This document shows, one piece after another, positions 16,419-25,265 of a stretch of 64,000 nucleotides of DNA. Position 1 is the first letter of the stretch, and every line of letters starts with the position of its first letter. The position numbers were made by a program, and so were the translations under genes. The notes under the pieces were generated by a model, which was not told the DNA's origin, did no database searches, and was given only the letters and a program-made list of their open reading frames with translations. The DNA is taken from the IMG/VR virus record IMGVR_UViG_3300042673_000573; one strand, 5' to 3'. Source of the stretch: an uncultured virus (IMG/VR IMGVR_UViG_3300042673_000573). Its lineage: Duplodnaviria; Heunggongvirae; Uroviricota; Caudoviricetes.

Positions 16419-17849
16419 TTACCTACATATTGTAAAGTTATACTCTTTTTCCCATTTAATAATATCATTTTCATCATTTAAAAGTGGCTGTCCTTTTATA
16501 TTTAAACTTGTGTTTAATAATATAGGTACTCCAGTTTTTAGATAAAATTTATTTAATACCCTATATAGGCCTGGATGTTCTTCTCTTGTAACTGTCTGGA
16601 CTCTTGATGTACCATCTGCATGTACCACAGAAGGGATCTTGTCAGGCTGTAAGCATTTAACCGTATACTGCATGTAAGGGCTTTCAAAGTCCATATCAAA
16701 CCATTTAGAGGCATGCTCTGCCATAACCACTGGAGCAAATGGTCTAAACAGTTCTCTCTGTTTAATTAGATTAACTTTATCTTTAATTAACGGATCTCTT
16801 GGATCAGCAAGTATACTTCTATTTCCTAACGCTCTTGGGCCATACTCTGCTCTGCCTGATGCTACTGCTACGATTCCATCTTTTAATATACCGTCCACAA
16901 TTTGCTGAACAGGATACTCTCCTCCAAGATCGTAGCCAAGATAAGGAGTCTTCCAATCAAGATGCTTTCCGTATAGGGCTGCTGCTGCACCCAAAGAACT
17001 ACCAGCATCTCCAGGGTTAGGCATGATCCAAATCATATCAAAAATATTCCAGAGCAGTGTATTTGCGGATGAGTTTAGAGCACATCCACCCATGAATACC
17101 AAATTATTTTTGCCAGTTAAACTTTTTGCCATACGCATGAATTGATTTAGCCTTTGCTCGTATACCATTTGTACTGCTGCTGCTATATCAAATTTATCTT
17201 GTTCTGAAATCCATCCCCAATCAGTAATTCCTTTATGAAAATTATATTTTTGTTTATCATAACTTGGAAAATATTCGTCTACTTTTTTATAATACTTTTG
17301 CCAGTCTCCATAGGCAGCCATACCCATCATAATATATTCTTCTTGGTTTGGCATTAAGCCTATTAGTTGTGTGAATGCTGAATAAAATAGTCCAAAACTT
17401 ATTGGATAGTTTTGTTTATACTTTAGTTTAATCTTGTCGCCTTCACCAACCCAAATTGTTGAGGTATTAAATTCTCCAATTGCATCTAAAACAACAATGC
17501 AGGAATCATTGAATGCGCTTGTATAGTAGCCAGCAGATGCGTGGGAGTAGTGATGTCCAAAGTTTTTTCTTGGCAAATCTCCAAGTTCTGTAGATTCAAA
17601 CCAAGGTTTCCCTCCACCAAATCCACCCTTAGTCTTTACTCTAAGTTTCTTAAGTAAAGGCTTTTCATAGTATGCAACTTGGTCTGGGTATCCATATTGT
17701 AATGCGTCTTTAATTAGTTCTTTATTGGTAAACCAGTCGTTTTTTTGTTTGCTATATCTTTCTGAATGCCCTGCAAAAAGTATTCTTCCATCCTGTATCA
17801 AAGAAACAGATGCATCGTGAGTAGTCTCGTTTACTCCTAAGATTATCAT
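16419..17849 (-). CDS. O-carbamoyltransferase (NodU/CmcH/TobZ family)
   Basis: HDAS, HHYSHA, DAIGE, MGMAAYG, GGCALN, EYGPRALGNRS, RPFAP, HADGTSRVQTV, NTSLN. Confidence 0.95.
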   Translation of the reverse strand: MIILGVNETTHDASVSLIQDGRILFAGHSERYSKQKNDWFTNKELIKDALQYGYPDQVAYYEKPLLKKLRVKTKGGFGGGKPWFESTELGDLPRKNFGHHYSHASAGYYTSAFNDSCIVVLDAIGEFNTSTIWVGEGDKIKLKYKQNYPISFGLFYSAFTQLIGLMPNQEEYIMMGMAAYGDWQKYYKKVDEYFPSYDKQKYNFHKGITDWGWISEQDKFDIAAAVQMVYEQRLNQFMRMAKSLTGKNNLVFMGGCALNSSANTLLWNIFDMIWIMPNPGDAGSSLGAAAALYGKHLDWKTPYLGYDLGGEYPVQQIVDGILKDGIVAVASGRAEYGPRALGNRSILADPRDPLIKDKVNLIKQRELFRPFAPVVMAEHASKWFDMDFESPYMQYTVKCLQPDKIPSVVHADGTSRVQTVTREEHPGLYRVLNKFYLKTGVPILLNTSLNIKGQPLLNDENDIIKWEKEYNFTICR

Positions 17850-18820
17850 TCTTTTCCAAACAGTTCTATGTACCAAGAGTACATCTTATTTGCGTAATAT
17901 CTTTGTACTGCATGACCAGCATGTTTTTGATCTCTAGCCTGATTCTCATATTTAGATTTTGGTAAATTGATCATTTTTTCTTCTGACTTGTAAAACATTT
18001 TTTCAGATAATTCTGTGTCAGATCTAAACTTTTTAAAGTCAAGCATTCTATAAAACGCATCTTCTGGACCCCAAGTGTTCCAAATTAATTCTATGTTGTT
18101 GGATATACAAAAAATTTCAAGCATTCTAAGAACTGAAACAGCCCTTAAAATTGATGCCTCTGCAGACATAACTTGCTCAACCTTTCCAGAGCCAAGTTCT
18201 TCCTTAGTTACTGTTCTCATATTAACATGATCAATAAAATTAACATCATTAATTTCTTTTGCTCCAGGATACTCTAGCAATCCGTACCCAATTTGACGAT
18301 CAATATCTGGTGCCAGCAAATATATTATATTTGGATTTCCAAAGGTATAACAATATTTAAAAATATTATTAACTATTTTTTCTATTGAGCCTCCAGTAAA
18401 AGACAATGCTTGATACGGTCCAAGGTTTATATCTGGATGGTTGGATTTCATTAAATCATAAGTAATTGCTGGCCAAGTTTCCTCGAAGGGAAGTCCTAGT
18501 CCAAATGTTTCAGAGCATCCAGCAAATAAGACATTAGTTTTGTCTTTATCTATTCTTTTAAACTCATCAGATCTATGTCCAAAAGAATTGCTAACATATG
18601 AAATTCTTTTATCTTCAGTAACGGAACTATTCATTTTTGGACTATCGTCTAAAATAAACAATAATGGATCTTGCTTGTATGATTCCAACATTGCAACAGC
18701 GCAAGATTCAATATTGTAGGTCATTGCATTCAAAGAAATAATCCTAAGATCGATCTTGTCTAGACCAAATCTGTCATAATAATATTCTTTGTCGCTATAC
18801 TTAAAAAACCTACCAGTCAT
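17846..18820 (-). CDS. SGNH/GDSL-like protein (paralog 2)
   Basis: NSFGHRSDEF, LFAGCSETFG, RDQKHAG. Confidence 0.6.
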   Translation of the reverse strand: MTGRFFKYSDKEYYYDRFGLDKIDLRIISLNAMTYNIESCAVAMLESYKQDPLLFILDDSPKMNSSVTEDKRISYVSNSFGHRSDEFKRIDKDKTNVLFAGCSETFGLGLPFEETWPAITYDLMKSNHPDINLGPYQALSFTGGSIEKIVNNIFKYCYTFGNPNIIYLLAPDIDRQIGYGLLEYPGAKEINDVNFIDHVNMRTVTKEELGSGKVEQVMSAEASILRAVSVLRMLEIFCISNNIELIWNTWGPEDAFYRMLDFKKFRSDTELSEKMFYKSEEKMINLPKSKYENQARDQKHAGHAVQRYYANKMYSWYIELFGKE

Positions 18821-18823
18821 AGA

Positions 18824-19495
18824 CTACTCTCTTCCGTCAGAAAGTATTGGCTTCTCCATGTTGTGATACCAGTGTGGCAGTGAGTATCTTGTTCCAGATG
18901 TTATTTCTTTTACTTCATGAACATACAAGAAGTTTGATGGGAAAAACACAATGCTACCTGGATCTGGCTCAAGAATAATGTCTGAGTTTTGAAACTCAAT
19001 CTCTCCACCTTCATAGTCATCATTAAAATATGATACTACTGATAAGACACGGCTACTAATTCCATGATCTTGATGTGCTGGAAGAAATCCGCCAGACTCA
19101 TATCTTAGCATATTTACACCAAACTCTCTTGACTTTATATTTGCATGAGCAAATGGGTACAGTTCTTTTGCGTAATGGTCGTATGCAATTTCAAGAGGAT
19201 CGTAGATTCTTTTTGATAAATCAGACAACTCTTTGTAGTAATAGTCTTGTTCTGTTACAGTTCCAGGCTTTGGAATAAACTTTTGCCAACAAAATGTTTC
19301 CATAGTCCCAGCACTTTCGTTCTGCCATGGCATCCAGTCTGTTTGAACTGTAAATGCATCTCCATGCTCTTTATTAATAAATCTTTCATGCATAGACTTA
19401 ATATCATCAATAATTAACTGAGGATTTTTTATTATGTTTGTGTAGTAAACTAGCCCAAGGTCAGCAATTTCAAAATCAAACGGAAGTGAGTTCAT
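18824..19495 (-). CDS. 2OG-Fe(II) oxygenase, prolyl 4-hydroxylase-like
   Basis: HQD, YFNDDYEGGEIEF, HEV, RYS. Confidence 0.9.
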   Translation of the reverse strand: MNSLPFDFEIADLGLVYYTNIIKNPQLIIDDIKSMHERFINKEHGDAFTVQTDWMPWQNESAGTMETFCWQKFIPKPGTVTEQDYYYKELSDLSKRIYDPLEIAYDHYAKELYPFAHANIKSREFGVNMLRYESGGFLPAHQDHGISSRVLSVVSYFNDDYEGGEIEFQNSDIILEPDPGSIVFFPSNFLYVHEVKEITSGTRYSLPHWYHNMEKPILSDGRE

Positions 19496-20081
19496 GGAAC
19501 TGAGCCTCCCATCTTAAGTTAGACTTTGGAACATCGATAAAGTCTGGATCAACATGTCCTGGCAAACTTGTATGCATATATAATGCAGTATATCTGTCAC
19601 CCCTTGTTACTGTTGTTATTCCATGAATGTATTCGCTTCCAGCCCCTGGAAAAAATACGGCAGAGTATTGCTTTGGTTGATATACAAAGTTTTGATTTGG
19701 AAAATAAATCATTCCACCATCGTACTCAGATTCATGGTTTAAATACATGATTGTGCTCCACTCAATAAATGGTTCAGGATCTTGAGCATCTATGTGTAGC
19801 CCACCCTTTGTTCCTTCTGTCCAATGCGAACCAAATCCTTTAAAAACATAAATTGGATTTACAAAACCATTTAATTCTTTGTGAACATTGTTTGCTTTGT
19901 GTCCGTACTTTACCATTATGTCCATTACTGTTGGGTTATATGGCAAAGATGTTCCGCCATATCTTTCCTTGTAGTACTCTGGGTATGGAAGTTTGATACC
20001 ATTTGGATCTTGCTGCTCACGTATCAGTGTTGCTGCATCCTCTGGGGATATAAAGTTTTCTATAATGTGTATTCTATGCAT
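19476..20081 (-). CDS. 2OG-Fe(II) oxygenase, prolyl 4-hydroxylase-like
   Basis: HID, YLN...GG..FP, HGI, RYT; TGGTATAAT plus AAGGAGG upstream. Confidence 0.88.
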   Translation of the reverse strand: MHRIHIIENFISPEDAATLIREQQDPNGIKLPYPEYYKERYGGTSLPYNPTVMDIMVKYGHKANNVHKELNGFVNPIYVFKGFGSHWTEGTKGGLHIDAQDPEPFIEWSTIMYLNHESEYDGGMIYFPNQNFVYQPKQYSAVFFPGAGSEYIHGITTVTRGDRYTALYMHTSLPGHVDPDFIDVPKSNLRWEAQFHELTSV

Positions 20082-20106
20082 GTTTTCCTCCTTGTTAATT
20101 ATACCA

Positions 20107-20967
20107 CTAGCGAATAGACCTTGTTATTCCAATAAATCTCTCGCCTTGTACCGCTTGGAAGGCTAACTGATCATGGTTATAATTTGGGTCATTTTTTTCA
20201 AATGGCAACTCATATATTTTATCTATATCTAATCCGTGAAAATCTATAAAGTCTTTAATAGTTCTTTTATTATGGTTTGCTATATTGATAAGTTTTGAGT
20301 TGCCATGTTTAATTAATCTAATAAACTCATTATAGTTATGAATTAATGAGAATGGAGTGTATATTTTTTCAATCTGATTTTCTGATGCCAAAGAGTATAA
20401 ATTTGAGCAATAAGAGTATATGTCTATTCCACTACAATACATAAGAATACTTACCGTTTCATTTTCTCCATGATATTTTAGATGTCTTGGATATTCAAAC
20501 TGTTTTAACATTTCTGCTTTACCAAATGCAAAATCTCTATTAAATATATTAGAAATTTTTGGAGACATAGAGTGGTTAGATTCTATTTCAAAAGAAAAAT
20601 TATCTTTTATCTTAAAATAATTATCCCCAATACCTGAAACAATTGCTTTTTTGTTATCTAAAAATCCTATCAACTCTGTATCCCAAGACTTTTTGACCAT
20701 AGTACTATCACCAAGCAACAGAATGTAGTCAGATGCAGATGAGTGTATGGCATTAAGTTTCATATCGCATGGACTTTCATGAGAGTCCCAAATCACATGC
20801 CTATATCTAATATTTTTCCTATCTTCAAAAATATAATCTTTTGTCAAAGGACTCTGATCAATAACGGTAATAAAAATTTTATTGTCGGTATTTTCTATAA
20901 GGTTATCAATGACATCTTTTAATTGCTTTCCTTTATAAGAATAAATTATCGCTTCTATGTTAGTCAT
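20107..20967 (-). CDS. GT-A glycosyltransferase, divergent Gnt1-like
   Basis: DYILLLGDS...WD and YHGENETVSILMYCSGIDIY parallel the motifs of 889-2001. Confidence 0.55.
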   Translation of the reverse strand: MTNIEAIIYSYKGKQLKDVIDNLIENTDNKIFITVIDQSPLTKDYIFEDRKNIRYRHVIWDSHESPCDMKLNAIHSSASDYILLLGDSTMVKKSWDTELIGFLDNKKAIVSGIGDNYFKIKDNFSFEIESNHSMSPKISNIFNRDFAFGKAEMLKQFEYPRHLKYHGENETVSILMYCSGIDIYSYCSNLYSLASENQIEKIYTPFSLIHNYNEFIRLIKHGNSKLINIANHNKRTIKDFIDFHGLDIDKIYELPFEKNDPNYNHDQLAFQAVQGERFIGITRSIR

Positions 20968-21727
20968 CTGAATACTCTTCTTTTGTATTGGTTTTAGAGC
21001 CAAACAATTTCTTTCTCCATGCTGTTTTTTTATAATATCCATACAGCATTGATCTTCTATTTTCTGCACGGAACTCATGCTTATCTAGTTCTTCTGGAGT
21101 TTCTATTACTTCAAGTTCCCAGTTATCTCTTTTAAATGGTATTATTTGAAATATTGGGGTTCCTTTTTTTATTGTGCCCCTAAAGTCTTTTTGTAGAAAG
21201 AAAGCGGTAAATACTGGAAGTCCCCAAATATCTGACTCAACGATACCTGACTGCGTATAAAAAGGTAGATCAAACCTGTTCATTGGGTGAGTAATTAGTA
21301 CTGAATACCCTGGAGGAGTTTCATAATACCAGTTCATTCTCCATCCATAGTGCACAGGGTGGCAGTTATTTGGTATTGGCATATCGATGATTGGTCTTTT
21401 ATCAACAAGCATTACATCCCCATCCCACCAAAGAATAGGTTTGCCAGTCTCTGGCTCAACGTCAACATGAAGGTCATCTTCTAAAACATATTGGTATCCC
21501 GCAGTTAAAGAATCTAAGAATGGCATACACATCTTAGTAGAAACCTGAGCGCCATCGGTGCCTATATGATTTACAGGATTTAGATGTTCGTCACTATTCC
21601 AATAGTCATGTCTTGATAAAGATTTATACCATTCTGGAACATGTTTTGCTGATGGTTCTGGTGGAGATAGCCTACCTTCATGATGCAAAAATGCTGGAGT
21701 AAAAGTAATTTTAAGCGGATCACTCAC
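20960..21727 (-). CDS. conserved phage protein (dUTPase-like beta-fold, DUF6065-like), paralog A
   Basis: PEWYK, KMCMPFLD, TPPGYSVLITHP, GTPIFQIIPFKRD. Confidence 0.6.
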   Translation of the reverse strand: MSDPLKITFTPAFLHHEGRLSPPEPSAKHVPEWYKSLSRHDYWNSDEHLNPVNHIGTDGAQVSTKMCMPFLDSLTAGYQYVLEDDLHVDVEPETGKPILWWDGDVMLVDKRPIIDMPIPNNCHPVHYGWRMNWYYETPPGYSVLITHPMNRFDLPFYTQSGIVESDIWGLPVFTAFFLQKDFRGTIKKGTPIFQIIPFKRDNWELEVIETPEELDKHEFRAENRRSMLYGYYKKTAWRKKLFGSKTNTKEEYSDD

Positions 21728-22446
21728 TTATAATCCTTTTTTGACCTCATCTTATTCTTGTATCCAAATTTAAATGTGCTACGTAAAAACATTCTTTGTT
21801 TGGTTATAAGTTTATTTGCAATTATTGGATCAACTAGTTCCATCTCATAGTCATCTCTTTTAAATGGAATTACCTGTACTAGTGGCATTCCTTGCTTTAA
21901 AACACCCTTAAAATCTTTTTCTACTAGGAATGAGAAGTGCCCGTCAACAATAAACTTATCACTATCAACTACTCCACTAATTGCTTGAAGTGGAGATGGG
22001 TCTCTATGTATTGGGTTAGTAACTAGTACGCTGTGACCTTCTTCTGTTTCTAATGCCCAGAATGGCATAATTCTAAATAGATCACGATGATATCTTGTTT
22101 CATCTATTGGATATGTGCTGTACTGCTCTCTTGAATGACTAGAGACAAGGTCATTTTTAATCATACTTAGTGGGTTTGGAATACTCCATGTTATCTTTGC
22201 TGGATTTGTTGCATCGACATAAATATCACAAGGAAGACTTAATATATATCCTGCTGTGATTGCATCAAATATTGGCATACATCTTTTTACGGTGCTTGTT
22301 GATGTTCCCTGTGGAAGTGCCATCTCTTCATTTATATCTGAAGGCATTTTTTTGTACCAGTCTGGCATACTTTTTGATGCTGGGATTGGCTCAGGGGTAA
22401 ATGCTGGTGTTCTATCGTTGAATGGATAGAATTTAATTTTGCTCAT
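21724..22446 (-). CDS. conserved phage protein, paralog B of 20960-21727
   Basis: PDWYK, KRCMPIFD, GMPLVQVIPFKRD. Confidence 0.6.
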   Translation of the reverse strand: MSKIKFYPFNDRTPAFTPEPIPASKSMPDWYKKMPSDINEEMALPQGTSTSTVKRCMPIFDAITAGYILSLPCDIYVDATNPAKITWSIPNPLSMIKNDLVSSHSREQYSTYPIDETRYHRDLFRIMPFWALETEEGHSVLVTNPIHRDPSPLQAISGVVDSDKFIVDGHFSFLVEKDFKGVLKQGMPLVQVIPFKRDDYEMELVDPIIANKLITKQRMFLRSTFKFGYKNKMRSKKDYK

Positions 22447-23104
22447 AAAAGTTCCTAACTCTCTCTACTATTATACCATTAGCCCGAATAACCATGTTAA
22501 ACATAGGAGACTGCCTTGGAATTTTCCCAAAACCATCTTTTATCATATGGCTTCCAGTATTTTTAAAGTGAAAGTTTACAAAAGGTGGTTCTATATACTG
22601 TGTCATTGGATCAATTCTTCTTGCTTCAAAAGATGTTGGATAGATGTAGAATGGAGAATTTTCTGCTTGCTCTATAGAAATGCTTGCATTCTCATCTATG
22701 ATCCAAGGTATGTAGAATTTATAGGTCCCTGGAAAACATCCTTCTGGAAGAGAATCGCTTTCTTTAGCCTTATAATATTGTCTCATCCAAGGTCTATCAA
22801 CATTATAAAACTCTTCTTCTTTTTGTTGCACAAGCATCTCAGCATGATTGCCTTGCTGCAAAACAATCTTCTCTTGATCAACAGAAATTAGTTTTGGTTT
22901 AATATAAAGGTTTTCTACATATCTATTGATTGGCTTCAAGATACTGTGCATATATTTTCCAGCAAGAACATTTTGATAATTTAACCATTTATCTGGAAGC
23001 CTTGAGTCTTTAGAAATATCAATAAATGATGGATCTATTGTCTCATACCAGACCTCGTAGTTAAAGCCTGACTTTGCATTCATTTCTGGCAAGTCTTTAT
23101 TCAT
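22433..23104 (-). CDS. hypothetical protein
   Basis: 223-aa ORF; carries an internal TGGTATAAT near its 3' end. Confidence 0.65.
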   Translation of the reverse strand: MNKDLPEMNAKSGFNYEVWYETIDPSFIDISKDSRLPDKWLNYQNVLAGKYMHSILKPINRYVENLYIKPKLISVDQEKIVLQQGNHAEMLVQQKEEEFYNVDRPWMRQYYKAKESDSLPEGCFPGTYKFYIPWIIDENASISIEQAENSPFYIYPTSFEARRIDPMTQYIEPPFVNFHFKNTGSHMIKDGFGKIPRQSPMFNMVIRANGIIVERVRNFYEQN

Positions 23105-23105
23105 T

Positions 23106-23288
23106 TTATTCCTTTATTTTTAAAACATACATACACGGATCTCCGCCATCTTCCCACTCTTGTGCTTCTTCTTCAGTCATGTATGGATCACCTGTATGCG
23201 TATTACAAAATGGCTCTGTTACCCATCCTCTTTCTATGCCATTACTTAGCCAGATATTAAACTCTAGTCCATCATTATCATCTATCAT
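23106..23288 (-). CDS. small acidic hypothetical protein
   Basis: Coupled ORF, CNTH...DPC. Confidence 0.65.
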   Translation of the reverse strand: MIDDNDGLEFNIWLSNGIERGWVTEPFCNTHTGDPYMTEEEAQEWEDGGDPCMYVLKIKE

Positions 23289-24147
23289 TATTTATCCATT
23301 CTATAAAGAAGTCAGAGAACATAATGTTTGGAACAATACCTGGATGAGAGTTATCTGTTCCAATTCCAAATATATCTTGATGCTCAGAATAATCTGGGTC
23401 ATCATATATTTTTTTAATTATTTCTTCTGGCTTAACTGTTTTGATTTTTTTAAATGTTTTTAGTCCTAGGGTTTCTCCAAAATTTCCAGTGTGGATATCC
23501 CAAGATGTAGAGTAAAGTTTTATTTTATGAGAAGCACAGTATGTTTCAAGAAGTGAATAGAACTGTTTAAATTTTACAAGTAATCTATATGCAATTTCTT
23601 TTGACTCTACTGTCAACTTCCAGTAGTCTTCGTCTCCATATTTTGCATGATTCTTAAGCATAAACATATCGTTATCGTAATCATACAAAGTTTCTCTTGT
23701 AAAGTCTGCAAAAGAAATACAAATGATGTTTGGATTTCCAAACTCAGCACAATATTTTATTATATTTGTAACAAGTATTTCAACGCTTGCACCCATAATT
23801 CCAAGACAATGAAAATCTCCTTTATTTTCAAAATCTAAAGAATTATACACTATCCTAGACCATCTAAACCTATCAGGAAGGCCTTGTCCAAAAGTTGCTG
23901 AGCATCCAGCAAAAAGAATATTTGTTTTATTTTGGTCTAAAACTTTAAAATCATCGCATCTATGTCCATAATTATTAGTCTTATATGAAACTCTTTTGTC
24001 AATATTTTCTTCTGGATATGAGAGTGTGCTGACTTCATTGTTTTCAAATAATGATTTATCTGCCTTGTCTATTTTATAAGACATTTGTGAATGAGCATAC
24101 AGGTTTTCATTTGAAAGTATTTCTACAATCATTGGTCTTTCAGTCAT
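23278..24147 (-). CDS. SGNH/GDSL-like protein (paralog 3)
   Basis: NNYGHRCDDF, ILFAGCSATFG, DNSHPG. Confidence 0.6.
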   Translation of the reverse strand: MTERPMIVEILSNENLYAHSQMSYKIDKADKSLFENNEVSTLSYPEENIDKRVSYKTNNYGHRCDDFKVLDQNKTNILFAGCSATFGQGLPDRFRWSRIVYNSLDFENKGDFHCLGIMGASVEILVTNIIKYCAEFGNPNIICISFADFTRETLYDYDNDMFMLKNHAKYGDEDYWKLTVESKEIAYRLLVKFKQFYSLLETYCASHKIKLYSTSWDIHTGNFGETLGLKTFKKIKTVKPEEIIKKIYDDPDYSEHQDIFGIGTDNSHPGIVPNIMFSDFFIEWINNDR

Positions 24148-24148
24148 G

Positions 24149-24673
24149 CTACATGCTCACTATGTCAACTGGTCCCATACATGATGGGTTAAACTTTATA
24201 GCAGCATTAACTGCTTGCATTACTCTGTTCCTTGCATTTTTCTGCTTATCTGTTGCGTACAGAACCCCATAAGCATACTCTGCGCCAGAACCCATGGCAA
24301 GGTATGGAAGTGTGTACTTAGATAAAGACATGTCAGCAGAACTGTGCTCATATATTTGTCCACGCACTGCAATAATCAAACCAAGATCTCCGTCTTTAGA
24401 TGTGTCTACCCAAAACTCATTATAGAATTCACGAAGTTCTTTAACAAACCTTGTCTGCATAAACTTGTCTGTATCTTTAATATTTGGAGCAGTTGGCCTA
24501 AAGTTGTATCGGATTCTTTCTCCGTCCATTGCGCCAGCATACCCAATAAGGTATGGACCTATCTTCCAAACCTTTGGTGCTTCAAGTGCTAAAATAGTAC
24601 CATCATCTGATGCTCCACGATCTCCAGCCATGTAAATCTTATCTTCATGGCGTACAACAGCAATACAAGTCAT
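24149..24673 (-). CDS. HslV/proteasome-beta-like Ntn threonine protease
   Basis: Start MTCIAV gives an N-terminal Thr; AGDR, K..IG.AG, AMGSG. Confidence 0.8.
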   Translation of the reverse strand: MTCIAVVRHEDKIYMAGDRGASDDGTILALEAPKVWKIGPYLIGYAGAMDGERIRYNFRPTAPNIKDTDKFMQTRFVKELREFYNEFWVDTSKDGDLGLIIAVRGQIYEHSSADMSLSKYTLPYLAMGSGAEYAYGVLYATDKQKNARNRVMQAVNAAIKFNPSCMGPVDIVSM

Positions 24674-24705
24674 GGCTAAAGCCCTCTCCAGATAGGTGAT
24701 ACTCA

Positions 24706-24735
24706 AGTATACCATTGCCCAGAGAGGGCTGTCAA
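24706..24735 (-). promoter_or_regulatory. sigma70/SigA promoter
   Basis: TTGACA-N18-TATACT with extended TG. Confidence 0.8.
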
Positions 24736-24751
24736 CTACCGTCAATAATGA

Positions 24752-25036
24752 CTAATTAGCCTTTTTATCTACCGTCTTAAACGCATCATTGATCTCTGCC
24801 AATGTGAGTTTTCCATCGTCCAAAAAAGCCCTTGCCAGTCTTTCAATGACTGTTGCTACACCTAATAGTCCTGCTAAGAATACTGCCTGCATAGTATCAA
24901 TTCCTACTACTGCTCCTGCTCCTAGAACTGATAGACCAGATGCTGCAAATACTGCAAGAATTCTCATCAAGATATTTGTTATTGCTTTCTGTGGATGCTC
25001 TTTCTTTGGGGGTTCTACTATTTTTTTAGTTGCCAT
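24752..25036 (-). CDS. holin-like two-TM membrane protein
   Basis: Two hydrophobic helices; DDGKLTLAEI tail. Confidence 0.55.
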   Translation of the reverse strand: MATKKIVEPPKKEHPQKAITNILMRILAVFAASGLSVLGAGAVVGIDTMQAVFLAGLLGVATVIERLARAFLDDGKLTLAEINDAFKTVDKKAN

Positions 25037-25037
25037 T

Positions 25038-25265
25038 TTATTTCTCCTTCCTTAGCGGGATTGTGATTAGCCAAATAATTGTTGTTGCCATTACAGCAAT
25101 ACCAACAATGTCTCTTGCTGATCCCGTCAAAGTTAGCCATGCGATAAAGAAGCCCAGGAGGGTGAATGCTTGTGCAATTAATTCCATACCTGCGTCTTTA
25201 AACCATTTAGTTAATCCCTTTAGCATTTTGCCTACCAGGTTTATGGCCTTATTGATTATTTTCAT
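25038..25265 (-). CDS. small membrane protein
   Basis: Amphipathic N-terminus plus two TM segments. Confidence 0.65.
   Translation of the reverse strand: MKIINKAINLVGKMLKGLTKWFKDAGMELIAQAFTLLGFFIAWLTLTGSARDIVGIAVMATTIIWLITIPLRKEK

Noticed and set aside
16419..20081. Carbamoyltransferase and oxygenases as a DNA hypermodification pathway
   Set aside because: Carbamoylation of hydroxymethylcytosine is known in phages, but no DNA methyltransferase, TET/JBP or hydroxymethylase is recognisable in this window and the neighbours point to glycan or protein substrates. Not excluded for the whole genome.
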